Positions 1 to 10,329 of a stretch of 46,699 nt of DNA are shown here, piece by piece. The notes under the pieces are model-generated. The model ran no database searches. It was not told where the DNA came from and was given only the letters and a program-made list of their open reading frames with translations. Numbering within the stretch: position 1 is the first letter of the stretch; the number at the start of each line of letters is the position of its first letter. The position numbers and the translations under genes are program-made. The DNA is from Candidatus Krumholzibacteriia bacterium (lineage in GTDB: Bacteria; Krumholzibacteriota; Krumholzibacteriia; WVZY01): contig JAZGDW010000106.1 in NCBI GenBank assembly GCA_036478295.1, positions 1 through 46,699 on the forward strand, in the 5' to 3' direction.

Positions 1-2249
1 CGCAGGATCACATTACGATCGTCGACGGGAAAACGGGAGATGTTCCAATCGAGGGAATCCGCCACACCACCCGGGGATGTCGGAAAAGGGCCCATGGAGC
101 CGGTTCCCACCTCCACGGGAAACCACGTCGGGTCTCCTTCGAACTGATACTCAGGCAGGATCGACATCGGATCTGACTCGACGTCAATCGCGTTAAAGTG
201 GATGCGGACTGTGCTCGTATCGGGTCGCTTCAGCTTGACGAATCTCAAGTACGCGCTGTTGTTCGGCAGATGATTCTTGGGGAGGAGTGGATCTCCCTTG
301 AATACGGGATCTTTTTTCCCGTCATAGAGCGTGTTGCTTTGGGAGGAGGGGAAGCCGGAGTTTCCGCAGACGAGGTCGAGGTCACCGTCCCCATCGACAT
401 CGCCCAGGGCCACGCTCGTGGTCCAGTTCCCCGGCTCGGAGGACCAGGCTGGCTGCGTCGAGAAGGTACCTGCCGTATTGAGATAGAGCGTGTTGTTGTT
501 ATTCCAGTTCCCACAGACGAGGTCGAGGTCGCCATCCCCATCTACATCCCCCAGGGCCACGCTCATGGTCACGTTCCCCGGCTCGGAGGACCAGGCCGGC
601 AGCGTCGCGAAGGTACCTCCCGTGTTGAGATAAAGCGTGTTGCTTTGACCATTCGGGAAGTCCTCGTTTCCGCAGACGAGGTCGAGGTCGCCATCCCCAT
701 CGACATCGCCCAGGGCCACGCTCCGGGTGTCGTTCGCCGGCCCGGAGGACCAGACGGGAGTTAGGGCGAAGAGGCCCAAGAGGCCGCCTCCCGGGTTGAG
801 ATAAAGCGTGTTGCTTTGATTTCGATTCCCACAGACGAGGTCGAGATCCCCGTCCCCATCGACATCCCCCAGGGCCACGCTCCAGGTCCAGTTCGCCGGC
901 CCGGAGGCCCAGACCGGCTTCACGGTGAAGGCGCCCCCCTCGTTGACATAAAGCGTGTTGCTTTGATTATGGTTCCCGCAGACGAGGTCGAGGTCGCCAT
1001 CCCCATCGACATCCCCCAGGGCCACGCTAAGGGTCACTTTCGTCGTCGCCCGGGAGGACCAGGCTGGAGTCAGGGCGAAGCGGGCCCCCTCGTGGAGGTA
1101 GAGCGTGTTGCTTTGAGACTGGTTTCCACAGACGAGGTCGAGGTCGCCATCCCCATCGACATCCCCTAGGGCCACGCTCTCGGTCCCGTTCGCCGGCCCG
1201 GACGACCAGGCTGGAGTTAGGACGAAGCGGCTCCCGTCGTTGAGATAGAGCGTGTTGCTTTCACCAAACCCCGCGTTTCCACAGACGAGGTCGAGGTCGC
1301 CATCCCCATCGACATCCCCCAGGGCCACGCTCTCGGTCCGGTTCACAGGAAAGAACCAGGCCACGGCGAAGAGGCCCCCCTCGTTGAGATAAAGCGCGAC
1401 GCTTTCACCAAACCCCGCGTTTCCACAGACGAGGTCGAGGTCGCCGTCTCCGTCGACATCCCCCAGGGCCACGCTCCGGGTGTGGTTCCTAGGCCTGGAG
1501 GACCAGAACGGCCTCACGGTGAAGACGCCCCCCTCGTTGAGATAAAGCGTGTTGCTTTGAGCAAGAAAACCATCTGTAGTGTTTCCACAGACGAGGTCGA
1601 GATCGCCGTCCCCATCGACATCCCCCAGGGCCACGCTAAGGGTCGGGTTCGCCGGCTCTGACGACCAGGCTGGAGTTAGGGCGAAGAGGCTCCCGTCGTT
1701 GAGATAGAGCGTGTTGCTTTGATCTCGATTCCCACAGACGAGGTCGAGGTCGCCGTCGCCGTCGACATCCCCCAGGGCCACGCCGAAAGTGGAATTCGTC
1801 GGGCCGGAGGACCAAGCCGGCATCGTCGAGAAGGTACCTCCCGTGTTGAGATAGAGCGTGTTGCTCTGGCCGGCGTTTCCACAGACGAGGTCGAGGTCGC
1901 CGTCGCCGTCGACATCGCCCAGAGCCACGCTTTGGGTGGCATTCGCCGGGCCGGAGGACCAGACGGGCGTCAGGGCGAAGCGGTCCCCCTCGTTGAGATA
2001 CAGCGTGTTGCTCTGGCCGGCGTTTCCACAGACGAGGTCGAGGTCACCGTCGCCATCGATATCGCCCAGGGCCACGCTTTCGGTAACATTCGCCGGGCCG
2101 GAGAACCAGGCGGGATCAACCGTGAAGAGACTGTCCTGGGCGAGACAGATCCTGGGTGCGGCCACAGCAAACATAAACACGCCGCACACGACGAGCGCCG
2201 CTGCGACTCGGAGCGATGCGATCGACCGGATGCTTTGTTCAGTAACCAC
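1..2249 (-). CDS. Secreted FG-GAP/VCBS-repeat beta-propeller protein (3' end truncated by the window edge)
   Basis: Translated by hand; it is absent from the ORF track, presumably because no stop occurs before the edge. GTG at 2249 starts MVTEQSIRSIASLRVAAALVVCGVFMFAVAAPRICLA|QDS (signal-peptide-like). Twelve in-frame repeats of SVALGDxDGDGDLDLVCGN...QSNTLYLN follow, then non-repeat sequence to position 1. Confidence 0.88.
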   Translation of the reverse strand, partial: MVTEQSIRSIASLRVAAALVVCGVFMFAVAAPRICLAQDSLFTVDPAWFSGPANVTESVALGDIDGDGDLDLVCGNAGQSNTLYLNEGDRFALTPVWSSGPANATQSVALGDVDGDGDLDLVCGNAGQSNTLYLNTGGTFSTMPAWSSGPTNSTFGVALGDVDGDGDLDLVCGNRDQSNTLYLNDGSLFALTPAWSSEPANPTLSVALGDVDGDGDLDLVCGNTTDGFLAQSNTLYLNEGGVFTVRPFWSSRPRNHTRSVALGDVDGDGDLDLVCGNAGFGESVALYLNEGGLFAVAWFFPVNRTESVALGDVDGDGDLDLVCGNAGFGESNTLYLNDGSRFVLTPAWSSGPANGTESVALGDVDGDGDLDLVCGNQSQSNTLYLHEGARFALTPAWSSRATTKVTLSVALGDVDGDGDLDLVCGNHNQSNTLYVNEGGAFTVKPVWASGPANWTWSVALGDVDGDGDLDLVCGNRNQSNTLYLNPGGGLLGLFALTPVWSSGPANDTRSVALGDVDGDGDLDLVCGNEDFPNGQSNTLYLNTGGTFATLPAWSSEPGNVTMSVALGDVDGDGDLDLVCGNWNNNNTLYLNTAGTFSTQPAWSSEPGNWTTSVALGDVDGDGDLDLVCGNSGFPSSQSNTLYDGKKDPVFKGDPLLPKNHLPNNSAYLRFVKLKRPDTSTVRIHFNAIDVESDPMSILPEYQFEGDPTWFPVEVGTGSMGPFPTSPGGVADSLDWNISRFPVDDRNVIL
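320..2110 (-). repeat. 12 intragenic tandem repeats of about 144-162 nt encoding FG-GAP blades
   Basis: The core GACGAGGTCGAG (+ strand) recurs at 369, 516, 675, 834, 981, 1131, 1284, 1428, 1590, 1737, 1884 and 2031, all in the same codon phase. Confidence 0.93.
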
Positions 2250-2291
2250 TGGATGATTCTATCCCATCCCCGCAGTAGTTTCCAGCCAAAC

Positions 2292-2714
2292 CTAGCTGTC
2301 CCCAACCAGCGCCTCGATCGCCAGCAGGTAACTGGTGGGGCCGAAGCCTGAAATCTGCCCGCGGCAAGCAGGCGCGATCACCGAGCGGCTGCGAAAGGGT
2401 TCGCGGCCGTGGATATTGCTCAGGTGGACTTCGATCGCGGGTTTGCCTGCTGCCTGGATCGCATCACGGATGGCGTGACTGTAATGGGTAAAGGCGCCCG
2501 GGTTGATGACCAGCGCGTCGTGGGACGACTTCTGTATCTCGTCGATAATCTCACCTTCGTGATTGCTCTGAAAAAACGTCACAGCGGCGTCGCGTTTTTT
2601 CGCGAAGGCCGTGATGCGGCTGTTTATCTCTTCGAGCGTATCGGTGCCGTAGACTTCCGGCTCGCGCGTGCCCAGAAGATTGAGGTTCGGGCCGTGAACT
2701 ACAAGAATGTTCAT
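2292..2714 (-). CDS. aroQ: Type II 3-dehydroquinate dehydratase
   Basis: Motifs [48 protein letters not shown]. Confidence 0.97.
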   Translation of the reverse strand: MNILVVHGPNLNLLGTREPEVYGTDTLEEINSRITAFAKKRDAAVTFFQSNHEGEIIDEIQKSSHDALVINPGAFTHYSHAIRDAIQAAGKPAIEVHLSNIHGREPFRSRSVIAPACRGQISGFGPTSYLLAIEALVGDS

Positions 2715-4579
2715 GATGATCCCTTCTCGATGGTCGAGAGAATTTCATCGACGGAAACGTCCGCCACAACCTTCGCTTCGCCCAGCCGAACGGGAAGCAC
2801 GAAATGGAGTCTTCCGTCCTTTACCTTTTTATCGAGCAGCATGGTCCTTGTCAATTGTTCGCGGTCGATCGAGTCCACCGTCGTGGGAAGACCACACCAC
2901 TCGAGCAAGGCCTGCGTCCGTTCGGCCAGATCGGTCTCCATCACACCGCGGCCCGCCGCGATACGAAGCGCCGCTACCAGACCGATCGATACCGCCTGCC
3001 CGTGTTTGAGCCCCCGGTACCCACCGGTCGCCTCGAGGGCGTGGCCCAGCGTGTGACCGAGGTTCAACATGCGCCGCGAGCCCTTCTCGAATGGGTCCTC
3101 GTTGACAATGTCGACTTTGATGCGCGCCGTTTCGAGAACGCATTTCTCGAGAAAGGCTGGGTTGCGCAGCCGCTCCGACGAATCGTGAACCATCTGTTCT
3201 TCAAGAAAAGCAAAGAGTGATTCCGAACGCACCAGGGCGCACTTGACCACTTCGGCCATGCCATTCGAAACCTCCACCAGCGGCAGTGTACTCAACGTGC
3301 CGGGATCACTGAGGACGAGGTGGGGTTGATAAAAACACCCGATCAAGTTCTTGGCCAGCGGGTGGTTGACGCCGACCTTGCCGCCAATACTGGCATCCAC
3401 CTGGGCGAGCAGCGTGGTGGGTACCTGGACCAACGTTACCCCACGCATGAAAACCGACGCCACGAAACCGCCGATGTCACCGGTGACGCCGCCGCCGACC
3501 GGAATTATCACCGCGTCGCGCCTTGCCCCCGCCGCGATAAGCGCGTCCAGTATCGCCGACGCCTGCGTGAGGGTTTTCTCCGGATCACCGTCGTGGATGG
3601 GAACGATCGAGAAGGGAATCGACGCGGCGTGCATCGAGGCTTCCAGCCGTGGCGTGAACAGATCCTGCAGCTGTTCTGGAATGAGGAAAAAGGCGTGGGA
3701 GTGGAGACCCATCTCGATCAGCCGCGCGCCGAGGCTACACATCAGCCCGCGCCCGATGTCGACGGCGCAGGCGCCAAAGCGCCCCCAGGACGGCGACGCG
3801 TCGCCTCTTGGTCGCTCACCGGCCGCCGGTCGCCCACGACCCGGCCGCTCGCCGCCCGCAGGTCGCCCACGCCCCGGCCGCTTGCCGGTAGCCGGCGCCC
3901 CGCTGGGCACGGCTGCCTCTGTCGTTGACGCGGACACGAAACTCGCCGTCATGGACACACGCGGCAGGTCCAGCCCGGCGGCGATCCTGGCCGCCGCTTC
4001 TGACACCTTCAGGTCGGAAGTGTCGATCTTCACGGGAATCTTGCCGTAGGTTGGCGCCCGCTCCTCGAGCAGACTCGAGATGCGTTCGCGAAGCGACCCA
4101 CCCATACCCTCCCGAGCGACAAGCGGTCGTGTGGAGTCACGCCCAAGCCGTGCGCACAACACATCAATGGTGCTTTCGAGCAGCACGATTGTACCTAAGT
4201 CGGCAAAGCATCGAAACGTATCCGGGTTGACGAGGGTGCCGCCCCCGGTCGCGATCACAACACCGCGCCGGTCTTTCAGTTCACCGCAAAACGCTGCCTC
4301 CATCTCGCGGAAACGGGGCTCGCCCTGGCTCTCGAAAATATCGGCAATCGACATTCCTGCAGCTGCCGCTATCGCCTCGTCCGTGTCGATGAAGTCGAGT
4401 CCCAGCATGCCGGCCAGGGCGCGCCCAACTTCGGTCTTGCCGGTGCCCATAAAGCCGGTAAGGACAATGACGGGCGCACCGGCCTCGCCGCTGCCCGCGG
4501 CCGGGCCGTCGCTCGCAGCGGGGCTGTCGCCCGCGAAACGCGGCACTTCCGGTGCGTTGGACTTGCGACGCGGGTTCAT
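2711..4579 (-). CDS. aroKB: Bifunctional shikimate kinase / 3-dehydroquinate synthase
   Basis: N-terminal GFMGTGKT P-loop, DTD and ATGGG (AroK). C-terminal [28 protein letters not shown] and [12 protein letters not shown] (AroB). Confidence 0.95.
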   Translation of the reverse strand: MNPRRKSNAPEVPRFAGDSPAASDGPAAGSGEAGAPVIVLTGFMGTGKTEVGRALAGMLGLDFIDTDEAIAAAAGMSIADIFESQGEPRFREMEAAFCGELKDRRGVVIATGGGTLVNPDTFRCFADLGTIVLLESTIDVLCARLGRDSTRPLVAREGMGGSLRERISSLLEERAPTYGKIPVKIDTSDLKVSEAAARIAAGLDLPRVSMTASFVSASTTEAAVPSGAPATGKRPGRGRPAGGERPGRGRPAAGERPRGDASPSWGRFGACAVDIGRGLMCSLGARLIEMGLHSHAFFLIPEQLQDLFTPRLEASMHAASIPFSIVPIHDGDPEKTLTQASAILDALIAAGARRDAVIIPVGGGVTGDIGGFVASVFMRGVTLVQVPTTLLAQVDASIGGKVGVNHPLAKNLIGCFYQPHLVLSDPGTLSTLPLVEVSNGMAEVVKCALVRSESLFAFLEEQMVHDSSERLRNPAFLEKCVLETARIKVDIVNEDPFEKGSRRMLNLGHTLGHALEATGGYRGLKHGQAVSIGLVAALRIAAGRGVMETDLAERTQALLEWCGLPTTVDSIDREQLTRTMLLDKKVKDGRLHFVLPVRLGEAKVVADVSVDEILSTIEKGSS

Positions 4580-5712
4580 TTGAAGCCTCGCGTCGACAAA
4601 CGCACCGCATAGCTTTTATAATTGGTTTTCATCTCATCGATGTTATCGCCGCCGAATTTCTCGACGAGGGCGAACAGGATCTCCCATGCGAGGACCGCTT
4701 CGGCAATCACGCCGAGCGCCGGCAGCACGCACACGTCCGAACGCACGAACGGGCTGGTCGCCGACTTCATTTTTTTCATATCGAATGACGGCAGCCGCTT
4801 GTACGAGGTCGGCAGTGGTTTCGCAAAGAGGCGCAGGACGACGTCCTCGCCGTTGGTCATGCTGCCCTCGATACCACCGGCGAAATTGGTCTCCCGGCTC
4901 ACCTGTCCCTTCTTCAAATAGAGGGCGTCATGTGATTCGTAGCCCTTCTGCCGGTATGTCGTCAGGCCCTCTCCGATCTCGACCGCTTTGACACTCTGGA
5001 TGCTCATCATGGACCCGGCCAGCCGTGCGTCGAGTTTGCGGTCGGACTCGACGTGCGTGCCCAGTCCGGGAATCATACCGGTCGCGATAACTTCCACCGC
5101 ACCCCCGAGCGAATTACCCTCTTTCTTGGCCTGCTTGATGACATCTATCATGCGCTCCGCCGCTTTTTTATCCCCGCAGTAAATCGGCGAGCGCGCGACC
5201 CGCGCTTTGAGACTCTTGAAAGAACCGGACCCCGGCGGTACATCCACGCCACCGATCGAGATCACGTGACCCAGGACGTCGATGGAAAAACGCTTAAGAA
5301 CCATTTTGGCGAGTGCACCGATCGCTACCCGCATGGCCGTACCGCGGGCGCTGGCCCGCTCGGAGATGGGAGGTACTTCGTCGAAACCGTACTTGAGACA
5401 TCCCGGCAAGTCAGCGTGGCCTGGACGGGGAACGGTGCCGAGCGCGCCGCCCGGCTTGCCCGAAACTTTGCGGCCGAGGTTCTGCAGCAGGAGCGCAACA
5501 GGGGCCCCTGTGGTTTTTCCCCGCCACAAACCGCTTACGATCTGCACGCGATCGGATTCTATTTTCTGGCGGGCGCTCCTGCCGTACGACTGCCGGCGGC
5601 GCAGCAGGTCCTTCTCGATGTCACGGACGGCTACGCGCACGCCAGCAGGGAACCCTTCGACAATGCCGACGAGATACTCACCGTGAGAATCACCGGCGGT
5701 CAGGTATCGCAT
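4576..5712 (-). CDS. aroC: Chorismate synthase
   Basis: Motifs TAGDSHG, PRPGHADL, ERASARGT, NFAGGIEGSMTNG, RSDVC. Confidence 0.96.
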   Translation of the reverse strand: MRYLTAGDSHGEYLVGIVEGFPAGVRVAVRDIEKDLLRRRQSYGRSARQKIESDRVQIVSGLWRGKTTGAPVALLLQNLGRKVSGKPGGALGTVPRPGHADLPGCLKYGFDEVPPISERASARGTAMRVAIGALAKMVLKRFSIDVLGHVISIGGVDVPPGSGSFKSLKARVARSPIYCGDKKAAERMIDVIKQAKKEGNSLGGAVEVIATGMIPGLGTHVESDRKLDARLAGSMMSIQSVKAVEIGEGLTTYRQKGYESHDALYLKKGQVSRETNFAGGIEGSMTNGEDVVLRLFAKPLPTSYKRLPSFDMKKMKSATSPFVRSDVCVLPALGVIAEAVLAWEILFALVEKFGGDNIDEMKTNYKSYAVRLSTRGFK

Positions 5713-5730
5713 AGACTCACTCCATTAACG

Positions 5731-6627
5731 TTATTCGGTTGCGTCCGCACCGGCCAGGTGGGCGCGGACGTGCTCGTACATGTCGACAAGTGAAAACTCA
5801 TGCCCGGTCCACAAGCGGAACCCCTCGCGCGCCTGGCTGACGAGAAGCGCGAGGCCACCGATCGCGCGGGCGCCGCCCCGCCGGGCTCCCGCCAGAAAAT
5901 CGGTTTCCGGCGGATGGTAAACAAAATCAAACCAGGTTTGTCCCTCGTGAATGACATCCTCGTTAAAAGAAAGCCGTGCGCCCGGTTGACCGCTCATCCC
6001 GACCGGGGTGGCGTTGATAACGATGTCGGCGCCTGCCAGAATCGGGTCCAGCGGGCCGGGACCTTCCGGGTCCTCGAGAGGAACGGCGCGAACAACCTTG
6101 CCGGAAAAATGAGCCGAGAAGCGCTCGCAGGTATCCTTTGCCCTGGCCGGGTCACGGACGGCGAAGGTCACCTCGCCGGCGCCTTTTTTCAGGAGTCCCC
6201 AGGCCGCGGCCCGTCCGGAAGCGCCCGCGCCGAAAATGACCACGGACCGGTCTGCGGGCGCCACGCCACCGAAAGTCTCGAGCGCGATTACGGTGCCCGG
6301 CGCGTCCGTGTTGTCCGCGCGGATGCGCCCGGCCGCGAAGCTCAACACGTTGGCCGCGCCGATCGTTTGGGCGGCGGCCGACACCTCGTCCGCGTAACCG
6401 AGTACCGTCTCCTTGAGGGGATACGTAACATTCACGCCGCGTACGTTCTGGGTCCGCATCTTCTCCAACGTCCGCCCGACTTGCTCGGGGTCGACGCGTT
6501 GCGCCACGTACTCTCCGTCGCAGCGATGCTCGTGCAGCGCCCGGGTCATAATGAGCGGCGAGAGGCTGTGTGCCACCGGATCACCGATGAGACAGTACAT
6601 GGATGTTTTGCCGGAGATCATATCCAT
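5731..6627 (-). CDS. aroE: Shikimate dehydrogenase
   Basis: Motifs GDPVAHSLSP, NVTYPLK, NTDAPG, GAGASGRA, NATPVGM, DFVYHP. Confidence 0.95.
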   Translation of the reverse strand: MDMISGKTSMYCLIGDPVAHSLSPLIMTRALHEHRCDGEYVAQRVDPEQVGRTLEKMRTQNVRGVNVTYPLKETVLGYADEVSAAAQTIGAANVLSFAAGRIRADNTDAPGTVIALETFGGVAPADRSVVIFGAGASGRAAAWGLLKKGAGEVTFAVRDPARAKDTCERFSAHFSGKVVRAVPLEDPEGPGPLDPILAGADIVINATPVGMSGQPGARLSFNEDVIHEGQTWFDFVYHPPETDFLAGARRGGARAIGGLALLVSQAREGFRLWTGHEFSLVDMYEHVRAHLAGADATE

Positions 6628-6632
6628 CCATC

Positions 6633-7898
6633 TTAGCGGAGCAGGGACCGCAGGTCGTTGAAAAACGCGGGGTACGACACATCGATCACCTCGCTGCCGG
6701 TGATCTCGGTCTTGCCCTCCGCCAACAAACCGGCGATGGTCAGTGCCATTGCGATGCGATGGTCCCCGCAGGAGGATACCTGGTTTCCCTTCAGTTTACT
6801 CGGCCCGCGAACCACAAAGCCATCGTCTCGTTCCTCGATATCCGCGCCGAGCGCCGACAGATTATCCACGATTGCCGCGATGCGGTCGGATTCCTTGTAG
6901 CGTAACTCCTCTGCGCCGGTCACCACCGTTTCGCCTTCCGCCTGTGTGGCCGCGACAGCGAGTACCGGTAGTTCATCGATCAGGGTGGGCAGGATCTTTG
7001 GGTCGATGGTGACGCCACGCAGCAGGCTCGATTTGACCACCAGATCCGAGACCGGTTCCTCCAGATACGATTCGCCCCCCACGCGCTCGATGTTCGCGCC
7101 CATTTCCTCGAGCACCGACAGCAGGCCGGTGCGGGTCGGGTTGACACCCGTCGTGGGCAGATATATCTCCGAGGACGGCAGGCAGATGGTTGCCACGATA
7201 AAAAATGCCGCCGAAGAGATGTCTGCCGGTACCTTCACGTGCACGGCGCTAAGCGGCCGGCCTCCCTCGACGGTGATGCTACCGTCATCGGTACGAATCG
7301 ACGCGGACATGGCGCGCAGCATGCGTTCGGTGTGATCCCGCGTAGGGACGCCCTCCTCCACTGTCGTTTTGCCCTCGGCGAGGAGTCCGGCGATCAAAAC
7401 CGTTGTTTTTACCTGTGCGCTGGGCACGGGCAGCCGGTAGCGGATCCCCTTCAGGTTACCCCCGCGGATGGTCATGGGTAAGCGTCCCCCCTCCGCTGTC
7501 GACACTTCCGCACCCATTTCCTCGAGCGGCGTCGTGACACGTGTCATCGGCCGGCGCCTGAGCGAGCGGTCGCCGTCGATGGTCGAGTAGAGCGAATGTC
7601 CGGCGATCAGGCCGGACAGCAGGCGCGCGGTGGTGCCGGAGTTTCCCGCGTCGAGTTTCTTGCCGGAGGTGAAATCCGTCGCCAGGTTGAGCACACGGCC
7701 GTCGGGCATCTCTTCGATGAAGGCGCCGAGCGATCTCAGGCATGAAATCGTACTCTGCACGTCCGCGGCTTGCGGCACGCCTTCGACCACCTGTTTTCCC
7801 CGGGCGATCGTGCCCAGGATCAGCGCACGGTGCGCAATCGATTTGTCCCCGGGGACGCGGATCGTGCCGCGAATCCTGTCGGCCCGCTGCAGGATCAT
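6633..7898 (-). CDS. aroA: 3-phosphoshikimate 1-carboxyvinyltransferase (EPSP synthase)
   Basis: Motifs PGDKSIAHR, GNSGTTAR, SAQVK, RDHTE, KESDRI, DHRIAM. Start moved to ATG 7898, which overlaps the tyrA stop (ATGA). Confidence 0.96.
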   Translation of the reverse strand: MILQRADRIRGTIRVPGDKSIAHRALILGTIARGKQVVEGVPQAADVQSTISCLRSLGAFIEEMPDGRVLNLATDFTSGKKLDAGNSGTTARLLSGLIAGHSLYSTIDGDRSLRRRPMTRVTTPLEEMGAEVSTAEGGRLPMTIRGGNLKGIRYRLPVPSAQVKTTVLIAGLLAEGKTTVEEGVPTRDHTERMLRAMSASIRTDDGSITVEGGRPLSAVHVKVPADISSAAFFIVATICLPSSEIYLPTTGVNPTRTGLLSVLEEMGANIERVGGESYLEEPVSDLVVKSSLLRGVTIDPKILPTLIDELPVLAVAATQAEGETVVTGAEELRYKESDRIAAIVDNLSALGADIEERDDGFVVRGPSKLKGNQVSSCGDHRIAMALTIAGLLAEGKTEITGSEVIDVSYPAFFNDLRSLLR

Positions 7899-8821
7899 GA
7901 CTTGTCCCCGGAGACGATTTGGCGCCGCATGTCGCGCAGGTCGGAAAGTCTTGAGGCAAAGACGTCGGGATCCTCGCGAAGCACGCCCAATGCTCGTCGC
8001 ATCTTGCGGTCGAAGGCATCGTAGGCCTCCGATAGTTGATCGTGGTTGGTAAACAGGATATCCGTTGTCATGGCCGCGGGCTTCTGTGTCACACGGGTGG
8101 CCGAAGAAAAGGAACCGCCGATGAGATCGCCCAACTGTTCCATGTTCGGTGTCGTCATGCCCGCGAGTTCCACCAGGCCTCCGGCGAGGAGCAGGGGCAG
8201 GTGACTGGTCGCTGCCATGACCCTGTCGTGCTCGGCGGCGTCCATGGAGTGGCTGTGTGCGCCGATGGTCGTGACCAGCCATTCCACCTCGCTGCGGGAA
8301 ACGGCGTCGCTCGAGGTGGTCGGGGTTACAACATACGTTTTTCGCAAAAAGAGTCTTCCGTCCCAGCTGTCGGCACCGCTTTTCTCGTCGCCGGCAATAG
8401 GGTGGCCACCGAAGCAGCGAGCTTCGCCCGGACAGGCGTTCATCGCATCCACCACCGAGCGTTTTGTGCTTCCCGTATCCAGTAGGACCGAGCCGGGGAG
8501 CATGACGCCCGCGACGTCCGGAATAAGACGGATGATTTCGCGAACCGGAACCGCGAGGACCACGATGTCAGCGCCGTCCGCACAAGCGGAAGGACTGCGG
8601 GCATCCTTATCGATGACACCGCGTCGTAACGCCTCCGCCGCAACCGCCGGGTCCCGGTCGTAACCGGTAACCGAGACAGTACCGTCGTCGCGCCGTCGGT
8701 CACCGCCCGCCTCAAGTGCGGACGCCGTACGAGGCGCGGACGCTGTACCAAGTGCAGCCGCCAGCGATCCGCCGATCTGACCCAACCCGATAACGGCGAT
8801 TCTTCTGCGGTTCGATGTCAT
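7895..8821 (-). CDS. tyrA: Prephenate/arogenate dehydrogenase
   Basis: IGLGQIGGS Rossmann motif, LDTGSTK, GGHPIAG, EHDRVMAATSHLP. Start moved to ATG 8821. Confidence 0.92.
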   Translation of the reverse strand: MTSNRRRIAVIGLGQIGGSLAAALGTASAPRTASALEAGGDRRRDDGTVSVTGYDRDPAVAAEALRRGVIDKDARSPSACADGADIVVLAVPVREIIRLIPDVAGVMLPGSVLLDTGSTKRSVVDAMNACPGEARCFGGHPIAGDEKSGADSWDGRLFLRKTYVVTPTTSSDAVSRSEVEWLVTTIGAHSHSMDAAEHDRVMAATSHLPLLLAGGLVELAGMTTPNMEQLGDLIGGSFSSATRVTQKPAAMTTDILFTNHDQLSEAYDAFDRKMRRALGVLREDPDVFASRLSDLRDMRRQIVSGDKS

Positions 8822-8867
8822 ATAGGACCCGGTTACTTGTACCCGCGTGTTCGAGGAGCGGTGTGAC

Positions 8868-9893
8868 CTATAACGAAGACATGTTTCGTCCCACCGCGAG
8901 CGCGATTGGACGCATCCCCTCCAACATTGCGGAAAACTCGTCGAAAGAAAGGCTCTGAGCGCCGTCGCTGAGCGCGTTTTCCGGCGAAGGGTGCATCTCG
9001 ACGATGACGCCGTCCGCACCTGCCGCGACGGCGGCGCGCGCCACCGCGGGGACATACTCACGATGCCCGGTGCCGTGACTGGGGTCGATGATAACGGGCA
9101 GGTGGCTGCTTTGTTTGAGTACCGGGACGGCGGAAATGTCGAGAATGTTACGGGTGGCTTTATCGAAAGACCGGATACCGCGCTCGCACAACATGACCTG
9201 GCTGTTGCCGTTGGACAGGATATATTCGGCTGCCAGCAAGAGCTCCTCGATGGTGCACATCAGGCCGCGCTTGAGCAACACGGGCTTTCGAACCTTGCCG
9301 ACGGCCTCGAGCAGCGCGTAATTTTGCATGTTGCGTGCGCCGACCTGCAGGATGTCCGCGTACTCGGTAACCAACCCGACGAGCTCCGGTGAAATAACCT
9401 CGGTGACGATCGGCAGGCCGGTTTCGGCGCGCGCCTCGGCAAGCAGCTTCAGTCCGTCCTCGCCGAGTCCCTGGAAACTGTACGGGGATGTTCGCGGTTT
9501 GAACGCGCCTCCCCGGAGAATATGACCGCCGGCGCTCTTGACCGCGCGTGCCGAGGACAGGATCTGGTCGCGCGATTCGACGGAACACGGTCCCGCCATG
9601 ACGACGAAATTATCGCCGCCGATCGACACGCCGTTCACCTTGATCACCGTTCGTCCGGGCTTGAATTCCTTGTTCACGAGCTTGTACGACTTGGTAATCG
9701 GGACCACCTGACCGACGCCGGGCATCCCTTCCACGCGGGACATGTCCATGTCCTTTTCACCGCCGACCGCGCCGATGATGGTCTGCTCGGGCCCGCGTGA
9801 CGGATGCGGTTTGAGTCCCATCGCTTCGATGGCCTTGATGACCGCTCCAATCTCGGAAACGGTGGCGTTGGTTTTCATAACGACCAGCAGCAT
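8868..9893 (-). CDS. aroF: DAHP synthase, type I-beta, with N-terminal regulatory domain
   Basis: Motifs [49 protein letters not shown] 9893 is preceded by AGGAG. Confidence 0.95.
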   Translation of the reverse strand: MLLVVMKTNATVSEIGAVIKAIEAMGLKPHPSRGPEQTIIGAVGGEKDMDMSRVEGMPGVGQVVPITKSYKLVNKEFKPGRTVIKVNGVSIGGDNFVVMAGPCSVESRDQILSSARAVKSAGGHILRGGAFKPRTSPYSFQGLGEDGLKLLAEARAETGLPIVTEVISPELVGLVTEYADILQVGARNMQNYALLEAVGKVRKPVLLKRGLMCTIEELLLAAEYILSNGNSQVMLCERGIRSFDKATRNILDISAVPVLKQSSHLPVIIDPSHGTGHREYVPAVARAAVAAGADGVIVEMHPSPENALSDGAQSLSFDEFSAMLEGMRPIALAVGRNMSSL

Positions 9894-9894
9894 G

Positions 9895-10260
9895 TCAATC
9901 TCCTGTACGATCGGGGCGGAGCTCGGCCGCCTTGCCGATGTACTCGTGTTTTGGCTTGAACGACTCGGAACGGTTAATGAATACCATGGTTCGAATGACG
10001 CGTTCCATACTGTTCTCGATTTCCAACTCCTGGGCACACAGCGCGGGCACGTTCCACCAGTTCATTTTGCGCAGCGCCAGGGCGGGGAACTCCGTCGTCA
10101 GGTCGGCCGTGGACGTAAAGAACATGGCTGCCACGTTATCCTCGGTCAGGTCGTTCGACTCGATAAGCTTTTCCAGCAGCTCGCGTGTGGCCTCCAGGAT
10201 AGCTTCCTTCGTATTGTCCCTGGCGACGATTGCTCCGCGTACAACGGTTACTATACTCAT
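9895..10260 (-). CDS. aroH: AroH-class chorismate mutase
   Basis: Motifs [39 protein letters not shown] before ATG 10260. Confidence 0.93.
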   Translation of the reverse strand: MSIVTVVRGAIVARDNTKEAILEATRELLEKLIESNDLTEDNVAAMFFTSTADLTTEFPALALRKMNWWNVPALCAQELEIENSMERVIRTMVFINRSESFKPKHEYIGKAAELRPDRTGD

Positions 10261-10329
10261 AACCGTCCTCCTCATCGTTTTCAACGAGGATCGACGGTGG
10301 GGCGACGGATTGAACTCCGATCGACATGG

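Noticed and set aside
320..2110. Regularly spaced repeats with variable spacers, as a CRISPR array or DGR template
   Set aside because: All repeats are in codon phase within one ORF encoding FG-GAP blades, with a period near 150 nt. There are no cas genes and no reverse transcriptase in the window.
198..2351. Plus-strand ORFs with repeated DEVEVAIPIDI (198-764, 816-1169, 1719-2351)
   Set aside because: Antisense shadows of the FG-GAP gene, interrupted by stops.
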